A stretch of DNA of 60,979 nt from a virus: positions 1 to 60,979 of IMG/VR virus record IMGVR_UViG_3300027904_000002. One strand, given 5' to 3'. The notes under the pieces were generated by a model. It was not told the origin of the DNA, made no database searches, and was given only the letters and a program-made list of their open reading frames with translations. Below are positions 26,416-36,623 of the stretch, piece after piece (within the stretch, counting starts at the first letter, position 1; every line of letters begins with the position of its first letter). The position numbers and the translations under genes were made by a program.

Positions 26416-26528
26416 GGTATTCCTTTCCGTATTTAAACGCTCGTCAGCTATATTCCATGTTTTATGTCGTGTCCGACAATATGTAGTTCTATAATCACCA
26501 CTATACCACATGATATAGTGTTAATCAA

Positions 26529-26897
26529 CTAATTTTTATCGGGAAACATCTCCCTAATTTCTTTTCTGTGTTTCCTGCTTGCAACTCTCAATTCTTGTGC
26601 CGCTTGAGGGTTTTCGTCAACTTCCTCGTAATTGATTATCTTAATAGCCGCTTGGTCTATCGTGCCACCTAAATCATCAAAGTACATGGTAGCGTATGCG
26701 TTTGCACGTTGCTCTGATGGTACATCGGGTATGTCAACGATTTTAAGATTGATTAACCTACCCTCTGTGATACGCTCCTCAAACGATTCCAAGACAGCTT
26801 CAAGTTGGTCTGCTTCAATAATCATCTGATTGTTTTCGTCAAACTTAGTCCAGATGTCGCCGTTAAGTTCTTCGTAATATAGTTGTTTTCTTGCCAT
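26529..26897 (-). CDS. Hypothetical acidic protein
   Basis: 122-aa ORF. Confidence 0.65.
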   Translation of the reverse strand: MARKQLYYEELNGDIWTKFDENNQMIIEADQLEAVLESFEERITEGRLINLKIVDIPDVPSEQRANAYATMYFDDLGGTIDQAAIKIINYEEVDENPQAAQELRVASRKHRKEIREMFPDKN

Positions 26898-26908
26898 GAT
26901 TTTCCTCC

Positions 26909-27841
26909 TTATGGCATACTATCGTTAGTAATCCATGTCATAGATGTGCGAATGTCGTTATTTGCACTTGCGATATTAACTGTTGGTCTTACTGTACTTC
27001 TTGCAGTTCCGCTTGCTTCGCTCACTTGTAATCTCAAGTTTGCAGCAGCAGGAACAATAGCCGATGTAGCTGTCGCAGTAGGTCTAAATCCTATAGGAAT
27101 TGTCCATAGATTTTGTGCTGTTGTAATAGCACCTGCCGCTTTTTCGTTAGGAATATCCATTACAACAACTTGACCAACTCTTGACAAAACAGGAGTGTTT
27201 GTGTCTGTAAATATCGTTGGCGCTTGTGCCGAAACAGACAATCCGTTTGCACCAGACCATTGCCTAAAAACTATTGACCTACCAACAGTAGCGTCACTTA
27301 TTTGTCCGAACCAAAAAGCGTGTCTCTGTGACGCTGTTCCAGATGTTTGAGTCAAAGCAACCGCTGAACTAAAGCTAAAGCTAAAAACATCACCTTGCTC
27401 ACATTCTGACACAGCAAAAATGCTAGGACTAATTACCCCCAAATTCATACCTTTATTATTCCACGTTTTTAATATTTCAGCTCCTCTATACAGTTGAATC
27501 CGAATACTTTCATTACTTACAACATTTTTATTTCCCGCTCCTATAAATAATGCCCATGTTCCCTTATTTGAAACAGTTAAGTATACACCATTTATAAGGT
27601 TTGTTCCTTTTTCAAAAACAGGAGTAAGGTCAGTAAATGTTTCTAAACTGGCGACTGCCGTTACGCTTCTACTCGCATAATTCCCCTCACAGTACGGCAA
27701 CCCCATCAATCCTGCTCTGCCTAGTATGATGTCAAGGTTTTCACCGTCTTTACCAAACACACCGTTGGTAGCAGTCACGGGGGCATAGGGGTTTCCCTCA
27801 TGGTCTAATGCTATGCCTAGTGGTAATTCGTGTATGTTCAT
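26909..27841 (-). CDS. Fibre-like protein with C1q/TNF-like jelly-roll motifs (family member 4)
   Basis: LTPVFEKGTNLINGVYLTVSNKGTWALF ... ECEQGDVFSFSF parallels the C-terminus of 27851..29113. Confidence 0.55.
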   Translation of the reverse strand: MNIHELPLGIALDHEGNPYAPVTATNGVFGKDGENLDIILGRAGLMGLPYCEGNYASRSVTAVASLETFTDLTPVFEKGTNLINGVYLTVSNKGTWALFIGAGNKNVVSNESIRIQLYRGAEILKTWNNKGMNLGVISPSIFAVSECEQGDVFSFSFSSAVALTQTSGTASQRHAFWFGQISDATVGRSIVFRQWSGANGLSVSAQAPTIFTDTNTPVLSRVGQVVVMDIPNEKAAGAITTAQNLWTIPIGFRPTATATSAIVPAAANLRLQVSEASGTARSTVRPTVNIASANNDIRTSMTWITNDSMP

Positions 27842-27850
27842 AAATATCTC

Positions 27851-29113
27851 CTATGCTATTCTGCGGAATAAAAAGCTTAAAGGGGGCGATGTAGGGGTTA
27901 TTGAAGTTCTTGCGATTGCGCTATTGATTTGAACACGTATGCGCTCACCTTGTTTTAAATCTTCAACGTATACTATCGACATAAAAGAACCCGCATTAGC
28001 TGCACTAACATCATGTCTGAAATGTCGAGATTTTTCGGAAATAGTTGTTATGCTTTCTGTGCTTGCCAACACCATAACATGAACATTACCTGCCGTAGTT
28101 GGTGCAAACAAAAATCTTCTAGTTGATAAAACATAAGTACCCTTTTCGGGTGCTATTAAAAACGTACCATCTACCATATTTATGCCCGATTCAAAAACTG
28201 GTGTTATTGCCTCGTCAACACCTGCCGCTAAACTTCTGTCTTGAAAACGACCACGCATTGACGGCATATCCATCTTAATAACAGCAGGACTACCATCAAA
28301 CGGTTTCATTGTAGGTACTGCCGCAGGGTAATTCAACCAATTCCAATAAGTACCATCCCATTGGAAATCCCAATCGCCAACAGTTAACAAAGACGCTATT
28401 ATCGGTTGACCATTCCAACGTATTTCAGCAGCACCTGTAGTTGTGACGTTCAATCTCGGTGTTGCGTGTGTGTTTGCTACTGTTAACCGTATTGTCACTC
28501 TCGGATTGCCAACACGGACGAAGCCTGTAATCGTAGACGCTTTGTCTTGTGTTCCTGCTGCTGTGTTGCTTGTGCCATACCATATATCTTGAGCGTTAAT
28601 CCACAACTTTAAGCGGTCACGGTTTGCTTGTGGTAGTTGTGTTGTTGTTGGTGCTGTTGTCGGTGTTGATATGTTTTGTAAAACTCGACCTGCTTGTTCG
28701 GATGTTAATGTTTGAGCAGCGTCAAAACGTAATCTTGTATTGAACAGGTGCAACATTTTATTCCAAATACTTTGAAGTGTGTTTAGTAATGTTACGTTTG
28801 TTGTAGCCGCAGGTGCTGCACTATCTGCGGTTGGAGTAGCTAAACTAAACGTAGTGTCTCTTACTTGCTGTGGGTCGAAAACGCCACCTGTTCCACCATC
28901 ACCATCAACAGGAAACTTAACAAATTTTGTTCCGTCATATCCGATTTTATAAACTTTCGGAGGATTTCCAACAACGGAAACAACTTGTCCGTTAAATGCT
29001 TCACCTACAAGCAAATAATTATCAAGCATTGCTTCATTTTCAAATGTGCTTGAAACATCAAGTGGTCGTCTATTTAATCTTTTAAAGCTACCTGCTTGAT
29101 TAATAGTTGACAT
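27851..29113 (-). CDS. Fibre-like protein: shared N-terminal module plus C1q/TNF-like C-terminus (family member 3)
   Basis: The N-terminus MSTINQAGSFKRLNRRPLDVSSTFENEAMLDNYL parallels that of 29123..30487. The C-terminus reads ITPVFESGINMVDGTFLIAPEKGTYVLS ... DLKQGERIRVQI. Confidence 0.55.
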   Translation of the reverse strand: MSTINQAGSFKRLNRRPLDVSSTFENEAMLDNYLLVGEAFNGQVVSVVGNPPKVYKIGYDGTKFVKFPVDGDGGTGGVFDPQQVRDTTFSLATPTADSAAPAATTNVTLLNTLQSIWNKMLHLFNTRLRFDAAQTLTSEQAGRVLQNISTPTTAPTTTQLPQANRDRLKLWINAQDIWYGTSNTAAGTQDKASTITGFVRVGNPRVTIRLTVANTHATPRLNVTTTGAAEIRWNGQPIIASLLTVGDWDFQWDGTYWNWLNYPAAVPTMKPFDGSPAVIKMDMPSMRGRFQDRSLAAGVDEAITPVFESGINMVDGTFLIAPEKGTYVLSTRRFLFAPTTAGNVHVMVLASTESITTISEKSRHFRHDVSAANAGSFMSIVYVEDLKQGERIRVQINSAIARTSITPTSPPLSFLFRRIA

Positions 29114-29122
29114 AACTAACTC

Positions 29123-30487
29123 CTATATTGTCAGTGTAAAACGCTCATTTGAAATAAACGGAAACTCGGGAAGTAAATAAAGTATTCTATAATCAACGGC
29201 GGTAAATCCATTTGCTCCTTGAACAGAAACTATAATTTCAGTAAACAATGACTTCACATCACTTCCAAGACCTGCTTGAACAATGCTTGTTGGAAACCTT
29301 AAACTGCTTGGATATGCGAATACAACACCACGACCACCTGTAGGCACTTCTGCAATCATTTGAAAATTCTCACCAACATTTAATTGACTGCTTGCTAAAG
29401 CACGAATAAACGCTGAATTGTTAGGTATAGTTCCGTCTGCCAATACACCCCAAAAAGACCTGCGTTGTGGAGTGTATGTTACGTTATTTGATGTAATCGA
29501 ACCTGCTTCAATTCTTCCAACCGGGTCTGGGTTTCCCTCACTGTCGTCTTTAACCGCTCCTTGAGCAAAATCAACAATAGCTTGATATGTTCTGTTAGTA
29601 GTCAGTTGAAAAGTTGTATCGGAGTGAGCAATCGGAGTAGCACCTGTATAAATGTTTGTTCCATCACGAGTAACCCTATATCCTGTTGCCCCACCACTAT
29701 CCCCTGCGTTCCAATCAGGCGTTAGTGTAGGTGTGATATTTTCCCCTATTTCTCTTGCAAGCGGAGCAGTACCACTAAGCGACAAAGTAGGTGCTGTATA
29801 TTTTGCAGGAACACGAGGGTTTAATATTTTACGCATTGTTGCCAATAGGGTATCTGTATCAGATATTACAGTTCCGCTTGCTAACCCTAAATTTGCATTA
29901 GTAACTGGAATAGTCGCCCCAGATATAATATCATCAAAACTGCCCCCAACTTCACCTGCCTGCCAAACACGGTTTAAATCCCATGTTATAGCACCAGAAG
30001 TAGCATTTATTTCTTTTACAACGTATCTTGTATAATTTCCGTTTTGCGTTTCGTCAACACGAACATAAGCGAAATCATTTACAGATATGCTTTTCCATGC
30101 AGATTTATTTGTGGGTAAGTCCGCTTTTGTATTGAAAGTTCCTGCATATTGACCAAGTTCTGCGATTCCGTCTATTCTATCAGCTAATTCACCTAATTTT
30201 GCCCTTATATCTGCATGAGATAATTCTGATATATTATGAGCATTTATCGCAGTATCTATATCTTCTGTATCACCACTTATAGGTGAATAAGTAAAATCCT
30301 CGTTTATGATAAAGACCAAAGGTGTGTTTTCAGCAGTACGAACACTGACTATTTGTCCGACATAAGCCGCACCTGTTGCAAGATAACTTTCAAACAAAGC
30401 CATATTGTTAAACGTTACGTCTGGGTCTAAATTTCCTCTAAATAATCTTTTAAATTGACCTGCTACGTTTATTGCATTAACTGACAT
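29123..30487 (-). CDS. Fibre-like protein (family member 2)
   Basis: The N-terminus MSVNAINVAGQFKRLFRGNLDPDVTFNNMALFESYL is shared with 27851..29113. The C-terminal ~225 aa are paralogous to 30500..31477. Confidence 0.55.
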   Translation of the reverse strand: MSVNAINVAGQFKRLFRGNLDPDVTFNNMALFESYLATGAAYVGQIVSVRTAENTPLVFIINEDFTYSPISGDTEDIDTAINAHNISELSHADIRAKLGELADRIDGIAELGQYAGTFNTKADLPTNKSAWKSISVNDFAYVRVDETQNGNYTRYVVKEINATSGAITWDLNRVWQAGEVGGSFDDIISGATIPVTNANLGLASGTVISDTDTLLATMRKILNPRVPAKYTAPTLSLSGTAPLAREIGENITPTLTPDWNAGDSGGATGYRVTRDGTNIYTGATPIAHSDTTFQLTTNRTYQAIVDFAQGAVKDDSEGNPDPVGRIEAGSITSNNVTYTPQRRSFWGVLADGTIPNNSAFIRALASSQLNVGENFQMIAEVPTGGRGVVFAYPSSLRFPTSIVQAGLGSDVKSLFTEIIVSVQGANGFTAVDYRILYLLPEFPFISNERFTLTI

Positions 30488-30499
30488 ATCATATTCTCC

Positions 30500-31477
30500 T
30501 TAAATCGTCAATCTGAACACTTCCGAACTTGCGTAGGGAAATTCTGGTATTAAATATAGAACTCTATACATAACTGCTGTAAATCCATTTGCACCACGCA
30601 CAGGCACAGCAATTTCCGTGAACCAAGATGTCACATTTAACCCCAAAGACACTTGAATTATACTGCTTGGTGGTCTTAAAGACTGTGGATAACAGAACAC
30701 TAACCCTCTTTGACCTGCGTTTACTTCAACTGTTATCTGAGTTCCATTTTGGGGATTATCCAAACTTTGCGATAACGCTCTTACGCTATCTGAATCAGTT
30801 GGAAACTGTGGTGTAAATAAAGCGGAATAAAACGCTCTGCGGAATGGCGTATATGAAACCGTATTGCTTGTAACCGTTCCTGCTTCAATACGTCCTGTAT
30901 CATCTGGTTCACCTGCACTATCTTCTTTGATTTCGCCTTGTGCAAAATCAGCTTGTGCAAAATAATTTCTATTTTCAGTCAACTGGAATGTTTCTGTTAT
31001 TGGTACAGCACTTGTTCCAGTGTGTATATTTATTGCATTTCTTACTAATCTATATTGTTCTAAAGCACCACCATCATTTTGAGTAAATGTAGGCGTAAAA
31101 GTTGTCGTTATATTCTCACCTATTTCTCTTGAAAAAGGGACTGTTCCTGTAAGCGATAAAGTTGGTTTAATATATACTGGTGGTTCAATAGGTCTTAATA
31201 TAAATCTTAATATTGAATACAAATCTCTTTCACTTTTAATTTCTGTGCCTAAAGGTATTCCAGCATACGGATTTGTTACTATAAAGCTATCTCCACCCAT
31301 GAAAACTTCACGAGCATCGTTTGTGCCACCTGCACCTTTGTTTAATTCAGCGATTATATTACGTTCATCTTCATCATCTATAGAAACAAATCCATCAACA
31401 TAATCGAAAAGTATACGCCCATGTTGTATAGGAACTTCAACATCTGGAGTTTTTCTATATGCAATACTGAATATCAT
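30500..31477 (-). CDS. Fibre-like protein (family member 1)
   Basis: The C-terminal region PTLSLTGTVPFSREIGENIT...GRIEAGTVTSNTVSYTP...GANGFTAVMYRVLYLIPEFP aligns with 29123..30487. Confidence 0.55.
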   Translation of the reverse strand: MIFSIAYRKTPDVEVPIQHGRILFDYVDGFVSIDDEDERNIIAELNKGAGGTNDAREVFMGGDSFIVTNPYAGIPLGTEIKSERDLYSILRFILRPIEPPVYIKPTLSLTGTVPFSREIGENITTTFTPTFTQNDGGALEQYRLVRNAINIHTGTSAVPITETFQLTENRNYFAQADFAQGEIKEDSAGEPDDTGRIEAGTVTSNTVSYTPFRRAFYSALFTPQFPTDSDSVRALSQSLDNPQNGTQITVEVNAGQRGLVFCYPQSLRPPSSIIQVSLGLNVTSWFTEIAVPVRGANGFTAVMYRVLYLIPEFPYASSEVFRLTI

Positions 31478-31478
31478 A

Positions 31479-32006
31479 TCAGAATACCTCCACCGTTAAT
31501 ATTTCTCTTGAAGCTACATCAACATAATCGTTTAATTCCGTAGAAAAATATTGAAACACATTATATGTTATTCCATCAGGAGTAGTTCTTAAATCTTCTC
31601 GAATTATAGGCGTAGAATTATTCGGAGTCTTAACATACACATGAGTTGCAAGAGGTGGTTTCGGGGGTGATTCTTCCGCAAAACCACTTTCAACTACGGA
31701 TATGAATGTAGAATTTATTGTGCGTAAATTGCCCGCCATGACGGAAACTTCAATTGTGCCGACTTCTTGTAGCATTTCATTCGGAATAGGCATAATTCCA
31801 TTTTCGTCAAGAAAATAATGACCTACTGCATAATTATGTTTTAAAATTATCGCAGGAGTTAAATTGCTCCAATGTTCGCTAAACGTAAACTGAATAAACG
31901 CATAATTTTGTGTCATTCTATAAATCGGAGTTACATCGACACGACTTATATTTCTGTCACTTACGTTTATCTTTATCAGAATATCATTTACCGTTAACTC
32001 GTACAT
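31479..32006 (-). CDS. Hypothetical structural protein (weak BppU-N-like look)
   Basis: 175 aa, with start and stop overlapping its neighbours. The domain resemblance is only an impression. Confidence 0.4.
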   Translation of the reverse strand: MYELTVNDILIKINVSDRNISRVDVTPIYRMTQNYAFIQFTFSEHWSNLTPAIILKHNYAVGHYFLDENGIMPIPNEMLQEVGTIEVSVMAGNLRTINSTFISVVESGFAEESPPKPPLATHVYVKTPNNSTPIIREDLRTTPDGITYNVFQYFSTELNDYVDVASREILTVEVF

Positions 32007-32392
32007 TATTTTCTCCCACGCTTGCGACGTAAAACTATGCTACTTGTGCGATATTCGTTTTTAGGCTTATTTTTGCCCTCTGGCTTGCCTTTTCGCTGTG
32101 GGGGTGTATGTTTTGTAGGGGCAACATCAGGAACGCTTACAGGCGATTCTTTTGGCTCTGGTGACACTTCAGCTTTTTCGGGTTTAACAGCCGATGTCGG
32201 CATTACGGTTTCGTGCCGATAAGAACGCAAGAAGTCCGCTTCTTTTTTTGTAATATATTTTTCGTCAAGCAATCTTTGTATCACCGTCATGGGTATCGGA
32301 ATCTTGCCAAGTGTTTCAAAATCTTTGTTACCGTTAAGGATTTCTTCGATAAACTTCTTTTGGCTACTGTTTAAATTTTTGGGGATTGTCAT
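32006..32392 (-). CDS. Basic Lys/Pro-rich protein
   Basis: ATG 32392 follows aaggag (9-nt spacer). The C-terminal tail is rich in K, P, E and R. Confidence 0.6.
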   Translation of the reverse strand: MTIPKNLNSSQKKFIEEILNGNKDFETLGKIPIPMTVIQRLLDEKYITKKEADFLRSYRHETVMPTSAVKPEKAEVSPEPKESPVSVPDVAPTKHTPPQRKGKPEGKNKPKNEYRTSSIVLRRKRGRK

Positions 32393-32536
32393 TATTTTAA
32401 TCTCCTTTGGCTTCAAATTCAGTACACATCATATCTTCGCTAATTTGTTCTGTGCAAAATTGGCTTTCGGGATTTGTGCAGACGTTTTCACCAAACATAC
32501 TGTGACTACTTACAAACCACATACAATCCCTACAAG

Positions 32537-34021
32537 TCATTGTTTCTGACTCCCTGCAAAATGGAGTTCGGACTCGATAGCCATATCTTCATAGAAGTCT
32601 AAGTTTGTATCGTTGCCTTGCGGTTGTTGTGTACCACCAAACATATTCACACGTTCAACAGCTTTTTTTATCATTTCGTCATTTATGCTGTGTAGGTCTT
32701 TTGACATTTCGTACATATAAGCTGCCGCAAGTCCTGTTGGTACTTCACCCTTGCTTTGCAGACGTAAAAGAGCGTTTACAGTACGGTCAAGAGCGTCCAA
32801 CTGTTCTTGTTCTGTGGTCATGATACTGTCGCCTATTACAAATGTCACATCATCTTTATTAACATTGCTATTTCCAAGTGAATAAGCATGGGTTATCTCG
32901 GAATATATAACAACAGCTTCTCTTAAAACCTTTTCAAGCTGTTTCTGTATCGTATTTACAAGCACGAAAAATCTTTGTCTACCGTGCATTATTTCCGTTG
33001 CTGTTTTTTCAACACTTGAAGTTTCGCTTAGTATGCCAAAACTTAAACCTACCGATATTTCAATTTGTCGCAATAATTCTTGTTTGCGTTTCTGATAAGC
33101 GTCAACTCTTATTTCGGGATTGAATATAATCGGATTAAGTTCTTGTCCTAATCCTGTGTCAATTCCCATAAACACATCACTGCCACTATCATTGATACGA
33201 CCACTACTGTCAACCTCTGCCATTAGTTTATCAATAATAATTCGGCTACGAGCGTTTTTAAACTCTCTCACTAATAACGAGTCAAGTTCATCAGCAAGCC
33301 TTATCAGCTCAATGGCTCTATGGAAAACAGCTTCATTATTCGGTGCAATCAATTCTACAAACCACGCTCTTGTAGTTTGAAAATTAGATGTAGGCTCTAT
33401 ATATTTCCACGCTTCAACTTCGGATAAAGCCACTTCACTACCAAGCATATTCTTATCACTTGACCGAAACGCTTTATTGATTATGGTGTATTCTCCGTAT
33501 TCAGCATTTTCCTCTTTTACAAAATCCAAGTGGGATAATAGCGTATAAAACAATTCACCGATTTGTTGTCTGTCAACTACGACCACTTCTGACAACTCAC
33601 CCGAAACATCATATCGTACAGGAAAATAATTACCTGCCCCCACCGCATTAACTGCTATTTTATCCCCTGCGATATACGGTCTTAACAAAACGCTACCAAC
33701 AGCACCCATTTGCTCTACAATAGCACCTAAACCGTTTATCAGCTCTTGATACCATTCGTTAAGCATTTCATTGTTTTGTATTTCGGACTCAAATTCGCTA
33801 ACGCAATTTCTGGCAATTTCCGCACAAATAGAATAAGCCAAGTTTAGGCTTGGCACTTGAGGGGTATTCCAATTTGCCTCTCCCAAAAACAGGCTTTTCC
33901 ACAATTCAATATCGTCAACTTCCTCTTGTGAAAGAAGTATCTCTACATCTAATGCGCTTGCAACGTCACGTTTTGGAATCATGCTTTTAATCCACCTTAC
34001 GATATTCGACAACAGCGACAT
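32537..34021 (-). CDS. Portal protein (SPP1 Gp6-like)
   Basis: 494 aa. The position after terL and the N-terminal style (IELWKSLFLGEANWNTPQVPSLNLAYSICAEIAR) are typical of Gp6-type portals. Confidence 0.8.
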   Translation of the reverse strand: MSLLSNIVRWIKSMIPKRDVASALDVEILLSQEEVDDIELWKSLFLGEANWNTPQVPSLNLAYSICAEIARNCVSEFESEIQNNEMLNEWYQELINGLGAIVEQMGAVGSVLLRPYIAGDKIAVNAVGAGNYFPVRYDVSGELSEVVVVDRQQIGELFYTLLSHLDFVKEENAEYGEYTIINKAFRSSDKNMLGSEVALSEVEAWKYIEPTSNFQTTRAWFVELIAPNNEAVFHRAIELIRLADELDSLLVREFKNARSRIIIDKLMAEVDSSGRINDSGSDVFMGIDTGLGQELNPIIFNPEIRVDAYQKRKQELLRQIEISVGLSFGILSETSSVEKTATEIMHGRQRFFVLVNTIQKQLEKVLREAVVIYSEITHAYSLGNSNVNKDDVTFVIGDSIMTTEQEQLDALDRTVNALLRLQSKGEVPTGLAAAYMYEMSKDLHSINDEMIKKAVERVNMFGGTQQPQGNDTNLDFYEDMAIESELHFAGSQKQ

Positions 34022-34039
34022 TTATTCACCGCCTAAAAA

Positions 34040-34714
34040 TCACGCAGTTCTAATTTCGCCCCAATATTCAAGTTCTAACTGCTTTCTTTTCAAAAATGCT
34101 TCCTCAAATGTATCAAAAGTTCCAAACTGTTTCATTTTGCCATTTACAGGAAACCTTACTCTCCATTTTTGCGTGGATTTTACAAGTCCTACACCTGCAC
34201 ATCCCGACGTATTTTGTTTTGGTAATTTTTGGTTTCTTGCTTGTTCCTCATCTGTTGCCCATCTAACATTGCCCGGCTCATAATTACCTCTTTTGTTAGG
34301 GTATCTGTCTATTGAATATCCCTCTTTACCAAAGTTTTCTAACTTAGAAACATAATCATACCAAGACAAAAAATCATTTATCCAATTTTGATATACTGTT
34401 ACACCGACTGCTCCATAAAGCTCATAGCTGTCATTATTTTTATTATAACACCGTTCTTTCATATTTCTCCAAACTATGTAAATTGGAGAATCTGCAAATC
34501 CGTGTTTTGTGCTTCTTTGTATAACTAATTCTCTTTTATAACATCCACATGAAACAATCCTGCCCGAAAGTAATCCACGACTTGCTATTGATTTAACGTT
34601 TCCACAATCACATTTGCACAACCAATAAGCCTTATAGTGCTTGTCTGTTTTGTCAAATTGTAAAACTAATAATCTGCCAAATCTTTGACCTGTTAAGTCT
34701 TTTCTCTCACTCAT
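34040..34714 (-). CDS. Free-standing AP2-domain homing-endonuclease-like protein
   Basis: LTGQRFGRLLVL...WLCKCDCGN...SCGC, then IDRYPNKRGNYEPGNVRWATDEEQARN and an AP2-like SGCAGVGLVKSTQKWRVRFPVNGKMKQFGTFDTFEEA. Confidence 0.7.
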   Translation of the reverse strand: MSERKDLTGQRFGRLLVLQFDKTDKHYKAYWLCKCDCGNVKSIASRGLLSGRIVSCGCYKRELVIQRSTKHGFADSPIYIVWRNMKERCYNKNNDSYELYGAVGVTVYQNWINDFLSWYDYVSKLENFGKEGYSIDRYPNKRGNYEPGNVRWATDEEQARNQKLPKQNTSGCAGVGLVKSTQKWRVRFPVNGKMKQFGTFDTFEEAFLKRKQLELEYWGEIRTA

Positions 34715-34832
34715 TATTGTAACCTCCTATAGTTACTCCTAAAGTTTTGAGTGGGAAACGGTGTTAGGATTCACCGCTTGTCGTGTTGCAATCACTATCC
34801 CACTATATATATTTACACAATTATACATTGTC

Positions 34833-34862
34833 ATTCTATCATATAGTGCAAACTGTTGTCAA
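34833..34862 (-). promoter_or_regulatory. Promoter of the AP2-endonuclease cassette
   Basis: On the minus strand: TTGACA (34862-34857), 18 nt, TAGAAT (34838-34833). A ~110-nt leader with stems gtggga/tcccac and cggtg/caccg follows. Confidence 0.55.
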
Positions 34863-34903
34863 CAATATCTTGTTGTGTTCATAATTTCGTAACACAAGAT
34901 ATA

Positions 34904-34929
34904 GAAAAAGCCACTATTTTCAAGTGGCT
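34904..34929 (-). terminator. Terminator after terL
   Basis: Stem agccact (34909-34915) / agtggct (34923-34929), with a T-run on the minus strand (plus strand aaaaa at 34905-34909). Confidence 0.6.
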
Positions 34930-34968
34930 TGTGTATATTTATTCAGTTAAAATGGATATATATGCAAT

Positions 34969-36212
34969 TTATTTTATAAAATTCTTTATTCTGTGCGTGA
35001 AAGTATAGCAGAAACTGTCATAGTCATCGACAGGCGTACTATAATCGTCAAGAATAGTATCTGGTTTATCTGGATGCCACACTAATTGAGTTAAAGAGTC
35101 AACCAACGATTCACAATCATCTGTCATGTGAAATCTGCCAAGTGCCATTAAATCTGTTAATGCCTGTATTCTTTCAATACCCTCTGGTTTTTTAGCATAC
35201 GCCACTTGTAATAATGGATATTTTTTTCTTACAGATATTCTCAATTTATTACCCATATATTGCGCTCCGTCAAAAAAAACACAACGCACATTCCCATAAG
35301 TCATCATAATTTTATCTAAAAAATCAAGAAACAACTTTTCTATTTGCTCTGGTGTTGTATCTTTAGCAGGATGTCTTTCAGTTGCTAAAGCATGAACTCC
35401 ACGCCAATTTTTAGTTATACCAGAAGCAGATAGAGCGTGATTTGACCGATTTTCACCGCAATCAAGAGCTACGATAATTTCTGCAAATCTTTCAATGTGA
35501 CCTGTTTTTTTATCGAATACGGGTTTTATAAATTTATTGGGGTTTTCTGCAAAAAGCGGAAAAACAATGCCGGAACCTACAGCCCATTCACCCTCACAGT
35601 AGCGTTTGTACCATACAGAGCCAACGGGGTACATAGATAAAATAAAATCTCTTTCATTTTCGGGTAAAAATGGATTATCCCATATCGTATATTTCTGATA
35701 GTAAACATATTTTGGGTTATCATCAATTAGTTTCTTAACATGATGTGTAGGAAAAAGCGGATTTAGTGTACCGTCTGCAACGCTATATGGCTTATCAAGG
35801 CATGGTATCAGTTCGACTACAACTTCCTCTGGGAATGTAGCCAATTCATCAAGATTTAGATACTTAATACCTGCACCTTTAACTTTTAACGCTTGTTTTA
35901 TATTGTTTGTTCCAAAACAAGTAACTATTTGTCCGAACATTCTTGCTTCATTTTTTGAGTTAATTTCAGAAACTAAAGCCTTGCCGTACATTTGTTGTAG
36001 CGGACGTATTATGTTAGTTGTTAATGTTTGTTTTGTGTGTCCTAATAAAAATACTTCACCCTCTAAATCAATTCTTTCACGAATACGTTTAGGGATTAAA
36101 AATCTGTTTAGGTAGGTTATTTGCCCGTTCTTCTTGCCCCTCCAGCCAAATTTATTTTTTTAGTAGCATTTCTAAGATATTCCTGCTGATGGTCTGAAAA
36201 TGATAAGTTCAC
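34969..36212 (-). CDS. terL: Terminase large subunit, reading frame broken inside the Walker A codons
   Basis: The frame starting at GTG 36212 (SD aagggggtg) encodes ...KKINLAGGARRTGK and then TAA at 36117-36119. The -1 frame continues ITYLNRFLIPKRI...YLNLDELATFPEE (Walker B-like) to 34969. Skipping the two bases ta (36119-36118) would restore GARRTGKT. Confidence 0.8.
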
Positions 36213-36257
36213 GGTTAAACCACCCCCTTTTACCCCAAACACTCGCAGCACAACACG

Positions 36258-36536
36258 CTAAACCACCGTTTTATCAGCTAAAACGTACTCGTAGGCTGCA
36301 ACTTTTCCACTTAAGAACGCAAGTTCAAGGTGTAGTTCGCAAATGTCATTGTCCTCGTCAACCTCGCATTGACCGCACCCATCGCAGATGTCCTCTGGCG
36401 AAATGCTACAAAACTCGTCCTCATCGTCTGCAAATAGTTTCTCAAGGAAGTCAAAGACCTCTTTTAGCTCATCATCGTTCAAAGATGATATGTTCTTGTG
36501 CTTAATTTTGTCAAAACTTGCCTTATCCATGCTCAT
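36258..36536 (-). CDS. Small highly acidic Cys-containing protein upstream of terL
   Basis: 92 aa. Asp/Glu-rich (ADDEDEF, CEVDEDNDICE) with CDGCGQC. Confidence 0.65.
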   Translation of the reverse strand: MSMDKASFDKIKHKNISSLNDDELKEVFDFLEKLFADDEDEFCSISPEDICDGCGQCEVDEDNDICELHLELAFLSGKVAAYEYVLADKTVV

Positions 36537-36594
36537 ATTACTCCTTTTTCAATATTTAGTAGTTGAAAATCAGTATAGCACAATATATTCCCTA

Positions 36595-36623
36595 TTGCAA
36601 TTAGTTTTTACTTATGGTATAAT
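36595..36623 (+). promoter_or_regulatory. Strong sigma-70-type promoter of the plus-strand cassette
   Basis: TTGCAA (36595-36600), 17 nt, TGgTATAAT (-10 at 36618-36623). The leader contains an 11-bp inverted repeat gataacgccat (36639-36649) / atggcgttatc (36706-36716). Confidence 0.7.

Noticed and set aside
36155-36161. The A7 run in terL as the frameshift site.
   Set aside because: Shifting there would bypass the Walker A codons (GGARRTGK), which are read in the upstream frame. The frame change must occur after GK, at 36117-36122.
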